Source of the DNA: a bacterium
Lineage (GTDB): Bacteria > Zhuqueibacterota > Zhuqueibacteria > Residuimicrobiales > Krinioviventaceae
Direction of reading: 5' to 3'
Assembly (NCBI GenBank): GCA_963674595.2
Contig: CAXXFV010000035.1
Location: forward strand, 1 to 53,695
DNA: 53,695 nt
The notes beneath the pieces are model-generated. The model saw only the letters and a program-made list of their open reading frames with translations, did no database searches and was not told where the DNA came from. Shown here in pieces: positions 1 to 10,248 of this stretch. The number at the start of each line of letters is the position of its first letter. Positions within the stretch are counted from its first letter, which is position 1. The position numbers were made by a program, and so were the translations under genes.

Positions 1-1888
1 TACCAGACGGATGTTGACGCCGTATCGATAATTCAGGTGGTTTACCGACACCAGTGCTCTTTAAATAAATTCCCAACGCCCCGGATTTTACCCGTATGGC
101 TGTTATACGACAGCTACAAGTCTCTCCGGAAACAAAGGACGTTTGCCAATCCATACCCTCAATACAGGACATTGGTTCAGAGGCTCCCAACTGAATCTGG
201 TTGGTTTTGCTAAACAACACTGTTTCTTTACCGCTGGAATCGGTGAAATAAATCAAATAACCATCTGCATTTGTAACCTGTGACCATTGCAAATTGTCAT
301 CTATGTTAAACCTGTTTTCAACAGGTAAATTTAAAATCTCCGGTTTTTCAGATTCAAACTCTAAAATCGTCCCGGGAGCCACTGAAAAGTATGACGATTC
401 TGTCCAGTCGGTAAAATCAAAGTTTGTAAAAAGTTCCGGCGCCTTGAAAGCTGAAAGCGAAATACAAAGGTCATCCGAATGACCATTATATTTCGATGTT
501 AATGCCTTTACTGCCCACTCTACTTCACAATCCCGGACAGGAAAATCCTCCCAACTGACGTTCAGACTGTTTCCATGTACATAATAGCTTAAACTTGTGG
601 GCGAAAACCACAGATAACGCGGCCTAAGCATCACAATAAAATGCTTATAGATTTCATCTCCATATGTACTCTTCCATGACAACCGAAGGGTCTCTCCTGG
701 ATTTAACTCATTACCGCTTTGAAATAATGTTAATTTCGGATCAATATCTTTAATAAATTGATTAGTTTCACCGGAATAATATTCATTTTTATTTGACGAT
801 GCTATAGCCCCATCTCTATATTCTTCATATTGTTGAAGAACGGCCTCAAACTGGCGACATATAGCCGACTGAGACTGATAAGAGCCGAATACACCAACAC
901 CGCCTATAACATTACTGATATCCGGAATGTCGGCTTCCAGCCCTATTAGCCTTTCATTATAACGTTCACTGAATTGCATAGCCAGATAATTATAAAAAGC
1001 CTGATCAACAGCATGCACAGACACAAGCATCCTCTTTATATAATTTCTTCGGTAAAAATAATCATCTTTAAATTCTATCATTTTTTTAAAAACTTTTAAT
1101 GACACCTCGATTTTATTCTTTTTTGTCAGGAAACCACGCTGGAAATATTTTTTAAAATTAACGGCAAAATTTGTAGGTTGAAACTTGTAAAACATATTTA
1201 AAAATGTATAATCAGGAAAATACCGGGGTAAAAAATTTGAAAAAGGAACATGTTGAACAGCCGGAGGTACATTATAAAGCAATAAAGAAACATCCACAAA
1301 ATACCCGGCAGCATTTTCACTTTCAGTCCATTCCACCCGAAAGCAATCCGGGCGATCACCGTCACGGGTAAAAATTTCATAAAACCAATCTTCCTGGGTA
1401 TAGTTTGGATCCAGGTTGATATTGGTTATTTTGAAATCACCGGGTACGGTTGTATTTGCTTTTAATGTCCCATACTTTTCCGAATGAACGGAAATAGAAT
1501 AGGTTTCTCCGCTTTGCACCTTTTGTTCCGTTCCAATATAATTAAAACCATTAGAACCGGATAAATAATCACTTGAATTCAATAAGGACGGTTCATTTGC
1601 ACTGGCTTGATCCGGCATATCCAGTACCCGGAATTGGCCTTTGGGACCGGTTAAAACAATTTCAGCGTCATTTACATCTGTGTATACTTTATCATTATTC
1701 ATCGCCTGCTGAAAAGTTAATGTATGGCTGACATAAATTGTCTGTGCCGGCATTTCAGGATTGAGAGCACAAAAAACACCCAGTTTCTGCTCTTCCGGAA
1801 TAGCCGGACCGGACGGCATTTTGCTGCATGCCCAGAATAACACGAAACAACAAACAACACAAAAAGCGGTAATATAAAATCTTTTCAT
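1..1888 (-). CDS. Large lipoprotein, DUF4249-like N-domain plus C-terminal beta-sandwich extension (paralog 3); runs off the left edge
   Basis: Absent from the ORF track because it has no stop in the window. Manual translation from ATG 1888 (RBS GGAGGGG) gives MKRFYITAFCVVCCFVLFWACSKMPSGPAIPEEQKLGVFCALNP. The segments I checked (1888-1741, 1440-1021, 60-1) are all in the same frame, ending RRQHPSG. Colinear with 2746-4674. Confidence 0.85.
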   Translation of the reverse strand, partial: MKRFYITAFCVVCCFVLFWACSKMPSGPAIPEEQKLGVFCALNPEMPAQTIYVSHTLTFQQAMNNDKVYTDVNDAEIVLTGPKGQFRVLDMPDQASANEPSLLNSSDYLSGSNGFNYIGTEQKVQSGETYSISVHSEKYGTLKANTTVPGDFKITNINLDPNYTQEDWFYEIFTRDGDRPDCFRVEWTESENAAGYFVDVSLLLYNVPPAVQHVPFSNFLPRYFPDYTFLNMFYKFQPTNFAVNFKKYFQRGFLTKKNKIEVSLKVFKKMIEFKDDYFYRRNYIKRMLVSVHAVDQAFYNYLAMQFSERYNERLIGLEADIPDISNVIGGVGVFGSYQSQSAICRQFEAVLQQYEEYRDGAIASSNKNEYYSGETNQFIKDIDPKLTLFQSGNELNPGETLRLSWKSTYGDEIYKHFIVMLRPRYLWFSPTSLSYYVHGNSLNVSWEDFPVRDCEVEWAVKALTSKYNGHSDDLCISLSAFKAPELFTNFDFTDWTESSYFSVAPGTILEFESEKPEILNLPVENRFNIDDNLQWSQVTNADGYLIYFTDSSGKETVLFSKTNQIQLGASEPMSCIEGMDWQTSFVSGETCSCRITAIRVKSGALGIYLKSTGVGKPPELSIRRQHPSG

Positions 1889-1921
1889 ACCCCCTCCATT
1901 ATACTCAATTTTAAAAATTTA

Positions 1922-2731
1922 TTAATCATTACCATTCCATGTACCCTGAGATGTTATTTCATCATTTTCATAACAAAACCACTCACCGGTTTTTTCTTTG
2001 TTATTTAAAATGAATTTATATCTTTCCTTCCAGTTATAATCGATTTCATAATTATAAGTAGATAAGGTAATTGATATTGTACCAGGACTTTCAAACAAGA
2101 TATACACACTTAGATCATTATTTTCAGGTAAAATAATACTACTGTCAGCCATTTGAATGTCTCTCCAGAAAAGCAGGCCATTTTTAAGCACAACTGAGTT
2201 TCTAAAATAATCAATCGAATAAAGCTGACCGTTTTGACTAGTCCAATACCATGTGAAAAATTCTCCAAAAAAAACATCACCTTGTTTTTCCTTTTCTTTA
2301 GGCTGACTTGCATCAAGTTTTAAGAGATAAGGATCTGGTGAAATTTCATCATCATATTCCCAATATTCCCAATAATAATGATCATCCATATCAGAAATAG
2401 TTATTTTGTCATTAGGGCTGTCTTTTGGTTTATAATTCCAGGTCCAGGGCTGTTTTACTTTATCTTCCGGCTTGTCATTTGTCTCAACCAACTCTTGAGA
2501 ACAATTAAAAAGATCATCCAGGTTTTGGGCATACTTTACGTTTTTTAACGTCAAGGCGGCAAACCGGGCCAGAGAATCATCCAAAGCAGACAGCCACGCC
2601 GGAATTTCCAGTTCAAAAAATTCAAACCTTGGCTGGGTTGGCCGCTGTTCAGCAACATTCGGATCTTTTTCACATGACACAATAACAAATAACAACACAC
2701 ATATTATCACAATAAAACCGTATCGGTACAT
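1922..2731 (-). CDS. Hypothetical lipoprotein, divergent member of the ~270-aa CEK[DE] family
   Basis: Lipobox IVSC followed by EKD. The 'IPAWLSALDDSLARFA' segment parallels 'IPQGLASSTDSMARVI' of the array genes. Ends near QGTW. Confidence 0.75.
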   Translation of the reverse strand: MYRYGFIVIICVLLFVIVSCEKDPNVAEQRPTQPRFEFFELEIPAWLSALDDSLARFAALTLKNVKYAQNLDDLFNCSQELVETNDKPEDKVKQPWTWNYKPKDSPNDKITISDMDDHYYWEYWEYDDEISPDPYLLKLDASQPKEKEKQGDVFFGEFFTWYWTSQNGQLYSIDYFRNSVVLKNGLLFWRDIQMADSSIILPENNDLSVYILFESPGTISITLSTYNYEIDYNWKERYKFILNNKEKTGEWFCYENDEITSQGTWNGND

Positions 2732-2745
2732 TTCATTCCCCCTGG

Positions 2746-4674
2746 TTATTCTATTGCCAACGTTATAATATTAGACCATTGACTTTGCTGTACAAGGCCA
2801 GACGGATGTTGGTGACGCGGCAGTAATTCCGGTAATGCACCGGAACCTTTGCTTTGCACGTAAATACCAAATGCACCGGTTTTTATCCGCACGGCACATA
2901 TTCGACAACTGTAACTCTCGCCGAAAACAAAGGACGACTGCCACTCCATACCTTCTATATACGGCAGTGATTCAGATTCTCCTAATTGGATTTGGCTGGT
3001 TTTACTGAATAATACCGTCTCTTTACCTGTGGAATCCGTCAAATAAAGCAGGTAACCATCAGCGCCATTAACTGAGGACCATTGTAAATAATCATTTGTA
3101 TGAAACACTGTACCAAAAGGATTATTTATGCATTCCGGTTTTTGCGACTCAAAACCATCTAATTTACCTGATGCTACTGCAAAATAGGCAGATTCGGACC
3201 AGTCCGTAAAGTCCACAGGGGACAAAAGTTCAGGCGCCTTAAAAGCTGACAAAGAAACATATAAATTCTGCGGAACAAAGTTGTAACCGGGTTTTACGGC
3301 TTTAACATACCATTCCACTTCACAGTCACGTATCGGAAAATCACCCCAGTTTATGTCCAGATTGTTTCCTTGTATATAAAAATTCATATTTGCCGGCCAA
3401 AGCCACAAATAACGCGGTTTAAGCGTTACAACATAATAATCATACTTTTTGTTTCTTTCCTGCCAGGACAACTGCAGCGTCTCTCCCGGTTGTAAAACAG
3501 TTTTCTCTTGCGGAAACAGGTCCAGTTTTGGGTCCTCGTCGGCAATAAAACGATTAGCGGCACGAGCATAAGGTTCATTTTTATTATCGCTTCGGGCAGA
3601 ATACTCTTTATATTCACGATAATCCATTAAAATAATTTCATACTGGCGGCATATTGCTGAACGTGTTTGACAGGAACCAAACACTCCCATACCTCCAACA
3701 ACATTGCTGATATCAGGGACCATGGATTCCTGACCGATAACCTGTTCACTGGCATCTTTGTAAAACTGAAAAGCCAGAAAATTATAAAAAGCTTTGTCCA
3801 CGGCATGGACGGAGACAATCATTCGTTTTATGTGCTGGTACCGATAATAATAACTATCCTTAAACTCGATCATTTGTTTAAACAATTCACGGGAAATCTC
3901 TATTTTATTTCCTTTTGTCAAATACCCCCGCTGATAACAATTATCATACTTGATCGCAAAATCTGTCGGTTGTGATGAAAAATTCATGTCAGAAAAAGTA
4001 CTACCCGGATAATGGCCTCTAAACCATGGCCTATATCTTGGCATCTGCAACAGAGCTGGAACATCATATACAATTACCGAAATATCAACCAAATAACCTT
4101 CGGCATTGTCACTATCTGTCCATTCCACACGGAAAAAATCAGGACGGTCCCCGTCCTGATTAAACACTTCATAAAACCACTTTTCCCGGGTGGTATTTGG
4201 ATCAAGGTTCATATTGGTAATCTCAAACGGACCGGGAATGGTTGTCTCGGCATTTACTGTCCCATACTGTTCCGAGTGCACGGAAATAGAATAGGTTTCT
4301 CCGCTTTGTACTTTCTGGTCCGTTCCGATATAATTAAATTTTGACGTACCCGAAAGATAAATGCTTGTATTCAACAACGTCTGTTCAGTATGATCGCTTT
4401 GCTCCGGCATGGTTTGTATTTGAAAACGACCGTCGGGGCCGGACAAATTAATCTCTGCATTATTAACGTCCGTATCAACAGACACTTTATCAAGTGTCTG
4501 CTGATAGGTCAGTGAATGACCAATATGAATTGTCTGTGCCGGTATGGCCGGATTCAGCACGCAAAAAACCCCCAGTTCCTGCACTTCCGGAATAGCCGGC
4601 CCAGACGGCATTTTGCTACAGTTATATAAAAAAAGAATTATGAAACAAATCGTTATTTTTATATATGTTTTCAT
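2746..4674 (-). CDS. Large lipoprotein, DUF4249-like plus C-terminal extension (paralog 2)
   Basis: Lipobox LYNC, 'GETYSISV...AETTIPG', and the DUF4249-type 'SNVVGGMGVFG' motif. Directly downstream of the TonB receptor. Confidence 0.75.
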   Translation of the reverse strand: MKTYIKITICFIILFLYNCSKMPSGPAIPEVQELGVFCVLNPAIPAQTIHIGHSLTYQQTLDKVSVDTDVNNAEINLSGPDGRFQIQTMPEQSDHTEQTLLNTSIYLSGTSKFNYIGTDQKVQSGETYSISVHSEQYGTVNAETTIPGPFEITNMNLDPNTTREKWFYEVFNQDGDRPDFFRVEWTDSDNAEGYLVDISVIVYDVPALLQMPRYRPWFRGHYPGSTFSDMNFSSQPTDFAIKYDNCYQRGYLTKGNKIEISRELFKQMIEFKDSYYYRYQHIKRMIVSVHAVDKAFYNFLAFQFYKDASEQVIGQESMVPDISNVVGGMGVFGSCQTRSAICRQYEIILMDYREYKEYSARSDNKNEPYARAANRFIADEDPKLDLFPQEKTVLQPGETLQLSWQERNKKYDYYVVTLKPRYLWLWPANMNFYIQGNNLDINWGDFPIRDCEVEWYVKAVKPGYNFVPQNLYVSLSAFKAPELLSPVDFTDWSESAYFAVASGKLDGFESQKPECINNPFGTVFHTNDYLQWSSVNGADGYLLYLTDSTGKETVLFSKTSQIQLGESESLPYIEGMEWQSSFVFGESYSCRICAVRIKTGAFGIYVQSKGSGALPELLPRHQHPSGLVQQSQWSNIITLAIE

Positions 4675-4738
4675 TTCCCCACCTTATAATTCATTTCTGT
4701 TCCAAAAGAAAACCTTGCTCATTTTACGTTAATTCAAT

Positions 4739-7234
4739 TTAAAATTTAAACTCTCCACCTGCTGAAAAAATAAACGGAACAGAAGCATAAGGATCACCGT
4801 GGACATCATAATACAAAACATTTGGTCGATCATATAAATTTATAATCTGTAAAAACGGTGTTAATTCAAACCTTTTCCATTTTAAATTATACCGCACAGA
4901 AAGGTCCATACGGTGATACCAGGGATAACGAAAAGCATCCCGTTCTGAAGTTAAAGCTGTTAAATAATAATACAATTCTTCCGGATGGTGGGTTATATAA
5001 TCATAGTCCTTATCAATCACCCAGCCGGACAAACGTTCATAGGCTCCATACATATAACTAAAAGGCAATCCGCTAGATAACGTCCAACCGAGTGAAATAT
5101 TAAGTGATCGAATGGGTTCCCATTCAGAAACAAAATTTATATTATGGCGGCGGTCATATCTTGGATGGAATTTGTCAACACCGGGTTCGGGGTATTTAAA
5201 ATACAATTCCTTGGAAGCGATGCCAAAAGAATAATTGGTCATAATTTGCCAGGTGTCTCTTAACAATTGTAATGATATATCAAAACCATAGGAATAACCT
5301 TTACCCTGAACAAAAAACGGATCACCTTCTTCCAAACGTTCACGATTATAGTGAGTTAAATTATTATAATTTTTAAAATAAATCTCTGATGATAAAATAA
5401 ATTTTGGCAGATCATAGGTTACACCGGCAATGAAATGGTCTGCAATTGCGGGTTTCATATTTTCTTCGGGAGGAAGCCAAATATCCACAGGATTATAGGT
5501 ATCATTCTCATTATATATGGTCACCATATTTTGACTAAACCGGCCGACAGAAAGGTTAAAATATAAAAAGTTGTATAAATAGTAACGGGCGCTTAAACGG
5601 GGTTCTATAGACACCGGAGAATCAGATGTATAATAATTCACACGCAAACCTGGGAAAAAATTCCATTTTTCACTATGTTTATATGTGGTTTGCAAAAACA
5701 CGGCTGCTTCATATAGTGTTTTATCTACAACATACTCGGTAATAATGGGATCAAAAGATGTATAATCAACAGCTATCATGTGACTTTCAGCACCAAATTT
5801 CCAGGAAAATTTACCTTGAGATAATCGATCATACTGTAATTTTACAGACACATCGGACAAATTATTTTCCTGCGGATTTTCAACCGTAGCCGGGGGAGGA
5901 ATTTTTGTTTTAAACAATCCAAAATTGGCTCCCATCGAAAAAATCCCTCGATTACTAAAAGTCCGGAGATACTCAAACGCACTGGTCAAATTAGTAGATG
6001 TTAAATACTCACCCGAGCCACCTTCTTTCATTTTAACTTTGTCTCTTCCGAGAAATGAAGATAATTTTATATTTTCATTCTTCGACTTGGCAAAATCAAG
6101 TCGGGCAATACCATCAAAAAAGTCAGGTACAACCCGGTCACCCATCTTCTCACTAACACCGCTGATAAAGGATTGCCGGCCTGTAATAAGGAACCGGTTT
6201 TCACCCCATATAGGTCCTTCTAAAAGCAATTTGGCACTTAGGGGGCTTCCGCTCAATATACCTGAATATTTGTTGGATCCTTTACGTGTTTGAATATCAA
6301 GTACAGAAGACAACCTCCCACCATATTCTGCACCAAATCCACCGGTATAAAACGAAACACTATCAATGGCATCAACATCAAATGCCGTTAAAATCCCGCT
6401 AAAATGAAAGGGATTATAGGCAATTCCGCCATCGATCATAACCAAATTCTGATCAGAGTTACCACCCCTGACGTATAGCTGACTTTTAAAATCATTTGTT
6501 ACTACAACACCCGGCATCATTTGCAAAGTTCGGTAGATGTCTTTTTCTCCGTAACTGGGCACCAGGTTTGATTGACGAATGTCAATCGTAAAGGCGCTAA
6601 TCTGAGGTTGAAAAACACGCTTTTCAGCTTCAGCTATTTTAACAATCTCCTGCATTTGAATTGTTTGGGATTTTAACTTGAAATTCTGCTCAAAAACTTT
6701 ACCACTTTCTAGGTTCAACTTTATTGAAGTGGTGTCAAATCCAATAACACGAACAGCCAATGAATAAACACCTGGTTTGATATTTTTAATCTCATACTTT
6801 CCTTTTTCATCTGTCGATGAACCATAGTCTGAGTTTTTCAAAAACACATTTGCAAATGGGATAGGGTCGTTGTTATCAATATCCACAACTTTTCCACGTA
6901 GCACTGATTTTGCCAAAGCCTTTTTTATCAAAACAGTTCCATCTTCTTGCGGGACAAATGTTAAATTAAATTGGCCTAAAAGCTGTTCCAGGGCATCCTG
7001 AAGTTCAATTCTGTTGGCAATAAATATAGGCACCTTTTTTTCGCCAAACTCTTTGCTATAAACAAACTTGATATCCCTCTGGCTGGTTATGGCATCTAAA
7101 ACATTTTTCAAAGTAGTATTTTCTATTTTTAACAATACTCTGCTGGACAACAGCTTTTTGGTGTCTTCCAAATCACCTCCGGCAAAGGCACAAACGGCTA
7201 ACGCTATTATAACCAGAAATGTCACATATTTCAT
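4739..7234 (-). CDS. TonB-dependent receptor with N-terminal STN and carboxypeptidase-regulatory-like domains
   Basis: Signal peptide from MKYVTF (ATG 7234). STN-like segment 'TLKNVLDAITSQRDIKFVY...LQDALEQLL'. 'LRGKVVD...PIPFANV'. Plug motifs 'YVRGGNSDQN' and 'AEYGGRLSSVLDI'. C-terminal Phe. Confidence 0.92.
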   Translation of the reverse strand: MKYVTFLVIIALAVCAFAGGDLEDTKKLLSSRVLLKIENTTLKNVLDAITSQRDIKFVYSKEFGEKKVPIFIANRIELQDALEQLLGQFNLTFVPQEDGTVLIKKALAKSVLRGKVVDIDNNDPIPFANVFLKNSDYGSSTDEKGKYEIKNIKPGVYSLAVRVIGFDTTSIKLNLESGKVFEQNFKLKSQTIQMQEIVKIAEAEKRVFQPQISAFTIDIRQSNLVPSYGEKDIYRTLQMMPGVVVTNDFKSQLYVRGGNSDQNLVMIDGGIAYNPFHFSGILTAFDVDAIDSVSFYTGGFGAEYGGRLSSVLDIQTRKGSNKYSGILSGSPLSAKLLLEGPIWGENRFLITGRQSFISGVSEKMGDRVVPDFFDGIARLDFAKSKNENIKLSSFLGRDKVKMKEGGSGEYLTSTNLTSAFEYLRTFSNRGIFSMGANFGLFKTKIPPPATVENPQENNLSDVSVKLQYDRLSQGKFSWKFGAESHMIAVDYTSFDPIITEYVVDKTLYEAAVFLQTTYKHSEKWNFFPGLRVNYYTSDSPVSIEPRLSARYYLYNFLYFNLSVGRFSQNMVTIYNENDTYNPVDIWLPPEENMKPAIADHFIAGVTYDLPKFILSSEIYFKNYNNLTHYNRERLEEGDPFFVQGKGYSYGFDISLQLLRDTWQIMTNYSFGIASKELYFKYPEPGVDKFHPRYDRRHNINFVSEWEPIRSLNISLGWTLSSGLPFSYMYGAYERLSGWVIDKDYDYITHHPEELYYYLTALTSERDAFRYPWYHRMDLSVRYNLKWKRFELTPFLQIINLYDRPNVLYYDVHGDPYASVPFIFSAGGEFKF

Positions 7235-7262
7235 AGCTTTTCCCTTTTTTGTTGTTATTGAT

Positions 7263-9200
7263 TTACTGAATTGTAACATATTGTTTATCAGACCATTGAC
7301 TTTGCATTAAAATTCCTGATGGATGCTTGTATCGTGGGTATAACACAGGAGGTGCATCACTGCTTGAAATACTCACCTTAAAACCCAGTGCCCCTGATTT
7401 TATTCTGACGGCACATACCTGGTATCCATAATTTTCACCACTATTTAATGTTGTTAAAGAACCGCACCCATCAGCATAATCTACATCTAAATTAAATGGA
7501 GGCTTAATATACGGTTCTTTAGACATAACCACAGCATACTCTCCATTGTCCTGAAATAAATATAAAATATAGGCATCAGCGCCATCTACAACCGACCATT
7601 GAATAGTGCTGTCCGGGGCCATCTGACCCTGAGTTTCCGGATAAATAATACTTGGTTTTTGATCTTCAAATCCGGATAAATCGCCCGGTGCCACCGTGAA
7701 CGAACTGGACTCAGACCAGTCTGTAAACCATGCTTCCCGTGCGACAGCCGGAGACTTGTGCGTAGAAAGAGCTACTTGCAAATTATTTAAATTATTAAAA
7801 TTATACCAATTTGGGGCAAGTGCTTTAACATACCACTCAACCTCACAATCCCGATATGGGAAATCGTCCCAGGAAATGTCTTTATAATTATCCTTAATCA
7901 AATAACTCACATTTCCCGGCCAAAACCACAAATATTTTGGCTTAAGAACAAGTAAATAATAAACAGTATTTATATCATCCCAGCTTAATCTTACTGTTTC
8001 ACCCTGGTTAAGAACAAAACCTGGTTTTGGTTCAAGTTCAATATTAAGGGGATCATCTCTTTTCATGTGAATATTTCGTCGGGCATAAAACTCATTCTTA
8101 TTTGCAGAATGAAAACTATCCTGACGATAGGCATCCAAATCTTGCAGGAGCATTTCAAACAGGCGGGTTTCCCTAATTTGTGTAACAGAAGACCCCAGTA
8201 TACCGGCACCACCTTTAATATTGGAAATATCAGGTACGACTATTTCCTGGCCTATCATTTGTTCTTTAGCAATTTCTGCCAGTTGAAAAGCCATAAAATT
8301 ATATAAATGTTTGTCCAGTGCATGAACACAAACACAAAACCTTTTTAAATGTGCCCGACGATAGCTAAAACTATCACTAAATTCTAATAATTCAGCTAAA
8401 TTCTTTCTCGGTATTGTTAAAATCTCATCACGCGTTAAAAATCCTCGCTGATAACTGTTTTCAAACTTGTAAGCAAAATCCGCAGGTGTCTGGCGAAAAG
8501 GGATCTCAAAAGTTGAATAACCAAGCTTCCAGTCAAGAGGCCAATTGACAAAAAACCGGCTATGATAAAGATATGAGGGAATATCGTACTCCATAATGAC
8601 CAGATCAATTAAATAACCAAAAGCGCCTTCACTTTTGGTCCATTTTACTCTCAAATCAGGTCTTTCAATACCTTTTATCAATAAAGAATCCTGCCACACT
8701 TCATCGGTAAGATTAGGATCGTAATTGACCTCAGTAATTTCAAATGCTCCCGGCACCGTCGTTTGTGCATGAACAGGATCAAGACCTTCACTTTCTACTG
8801 TTAGATTATAGGTTTTTCCCGGTTGTATTTTTTTATCCCCCAGAATATAATTAAAAGAACTTGTTCCCCCCAAAAAGTCCGTATCAGCGCAAGAAGTTTC
8901 ATCAACTGACTCCATTCCATTATAGTCCATCGGATAAACGGATAAAAGTCCTTCCGGGCCATCTAATTCAATACTTGCATTTGAAATTGAAAAATCTCCT
9001 TCTGCACCACCAAGAGCTTCACCATAGGTAAGCGTTCGGCCGACATACATTGTTTGAGTCGCCAATTTAGGGCTAAGAACACTAAAAACAGACAACTTTT
9101 TGTTTTCTGGGATTGAAGGCCCGGTCGGATCTTGTGAACATTGGATAAAAAACCCCACTGTAAATATAAAGGCGAGGAGGGTGCTTTTGAAATATTTCAT
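7263..9200 (-). CDS. Large lipoprotein, DUF4249-like plus C-terminal extension (paralog 1)
   Basis: Likely start MKYFKS (ATG 9200, RBS GGGAGA). Lipobox FIQC, 'SNIKGGAGILG'. Shares 'LKPxYLWxWP', 'RDCEVEWYVKA' and 'HPSG...SQWS' with paralog 2. Confidence 0.78.
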   Translation of the reverse strand: MKYFKSTLLAFIFTVGFFIQCSQDPTGPSIPENKKLSVFSVLSPKLATQTMYVGRTLTYGEALGGAEGDFSISNASIELDGPEGLLSVYPMDYNGMESVDETSCADTDFLGGTSSFNYILGDKKIQPGKTYNLTVESEGLDPVHAQTTVPGAFEITEVNYDPNLTDEVWQDSLLIKGIERPDLRVKWTKSEGAFGYLIDLVIMEYDIPSYLYHSRFFVNWPLDWKLGYSTFEIPFRQTPADFAYKFENSYQRGFLTRDEILTIPRKNLAELLEFSDSFSYRRAHLKRFCVCVHALDKHLYNFMAFQLAEIAKEQMIGQEIVVPDISNIKGGAGILGSSVTQIRETRLFEMLLQDLDAYRQDSFHSANKNEFYARRNIHMKRDDPLNIELEPKPGFVLNQGETVRLSWDDINTVYYLLVLKPKYLWFWPGNVSYLIKDNYKDISWDDFPYRDCEVEWYVKALAPNWYNFNNLNNLQVALSTHKSPAVAREAWFTDWSESSSFTVAPGDLSGFEDQKPSIIYPETQGQMAPDSTIQWSVVDGADAYILYLFQDNGEYAVVMSKEPYIKPPFNLDVDYADGCGSLTTLNSGENYGYQVCAVRIKSGALGFKVSISSSDAPPVLYPRYKHPSGILMQSQWSDKQYVTIQ

Positions 9201-9321
9201 AGTTTCTCCCATAAATGTTTGTTATGATTTTTACACAACTTAGTTTAGCAGATAAATGGGATTTTCTTAACTTCGCCAACAATAAATGATAATCATGGAT
9301 TTATTTTTTTCTATTATGTAA

Positions 9322-9349
9322 GACGTATAAAAAGAAAAACCATTTACAT
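9322..9349 (-). promoter_or_regulatory. Putative ECF-sigma promoter ATGTAAATG-N12-ATACGTC upstream of the DUF4249/TonB operon
   Basis: Plus strand reads GACGTAT 9322-9328, 12 nt, CATTTACAT 9341-9349. Identical boxes and spacing occur at 14653-14680. TGTAAA-N17-CGTC resembles ECF -35/-10 architecture. Confidence 0.65.
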
Positions 9350-9356
9350 AAATTTT

Positions 9357-10214
9357 TTACCATACACCATGTTTTATAACTAGGGTATTTTGATCAAAAA
9401 TCTGATATTGGCCGCTTCCCAAACTATCCCACTGGGCAGAAAATTGGAGATTATATCCAAAATCTGCTATAATATAAAACGACATTTCTCCGGAACCGGA
9501 TTTGTTTTGTAAAATATCTGTTCTTCCAGGACTCGTTTCCGGTGGCGGCCAATCCGGATCATATATTCTCATATCTTTCAAAATGACAGACATTTTATAG
9601 GTCTCCAAATCGTCACTCATTTCCCAATCCCAGTAACAATGTAATAATCCGTCATCATATAAATATTTTTTTCTCATATACCCGGTGCTAAAGTCTTTCT
9701 TTGCTCCACTATCAATATAATTTGTATTTACAAATAACGGATTTAGTAAATAGACATCGCTCTTTAAAAAAACCTCAGTTAAAGTGTCACAATAAAAACA
9801 CCACTCACTATCATCAATAACCCTAAGCTTTACAAATGCAGTTACATCATCATAAAATTCAAGATCATCTTTTACACGATATTCAACGTCCCACATATCA
9901 TAATCTTCCAGATTTGTCTGAGTAAGGCGAGAAGCAGGGGTATCCGCTTTTTGCCAAATGAACTCATCCGGCACAATATAAATCCATTTTATATTCTCCT
10001 CAAGGCTATTGGCCAGTTTAAGATGCCCATGAATAACCCTGGCCATGGAATCGGTTGATGAAGCCAGTCCCTGTGGTATAAGAAGGGGTTGAAAATTATA
10101 ATGAGGATAAAATGTATCCATCGGTTCAATATGTTTTACCGGAGTTTCTTTTTCACAATAAATGAACAGAAACAGTATACCAATAATTAATATGACTTTT
10201 TCCCCTAACTGCAT
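9357..10214 (-). CDS. Lipoprotein, CEKE-family tandem array member 6 (type A)
   Basis: Start MQLGEK at 10214 after GGAGG. Lipobox FIYC-EKE, shared 'IPQGLASSTDSMA...LKLANS' segment, C-terminal HGVW. Confidence 0.82.
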   Translation of the reverse strand: MQLGEKVILIIGILFLFIYCEKETPVKHIEPMDTFYPHYNFQPLLIPQGLASSTDSMARVIHGHLKLANSLEENIKWIYIVPDEFIWQKADTPASRLTQTNLEDYDMWDVEYRVKDDLEFYDDVTAFVKLRVIDDSEWCFYCDTLTEVFLKSDVYLLNPLFVNTNYIDSGAKKDFSTGYMRKKYLYDDGLLHCYWDWEMSDDLETYKMSVILKDMRIYDPDWPPPETSPGRTDILQNKSGSGEMSFYIIADFGYNLQFSAQWDSLGSGQYQIFDQNTLVIKHGVW

Positions 10215-10248
10215 AATTACCTCCATTCTGTAAGATAAAAGAGATTTT

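Noticed and set aside
1-1888. Pseudogene or non-coding gap suggested by the empty ORF track
   Set aside because: The checked segments at start, middle and edge are in one open frame. The gene is simply cut by the window boundary.
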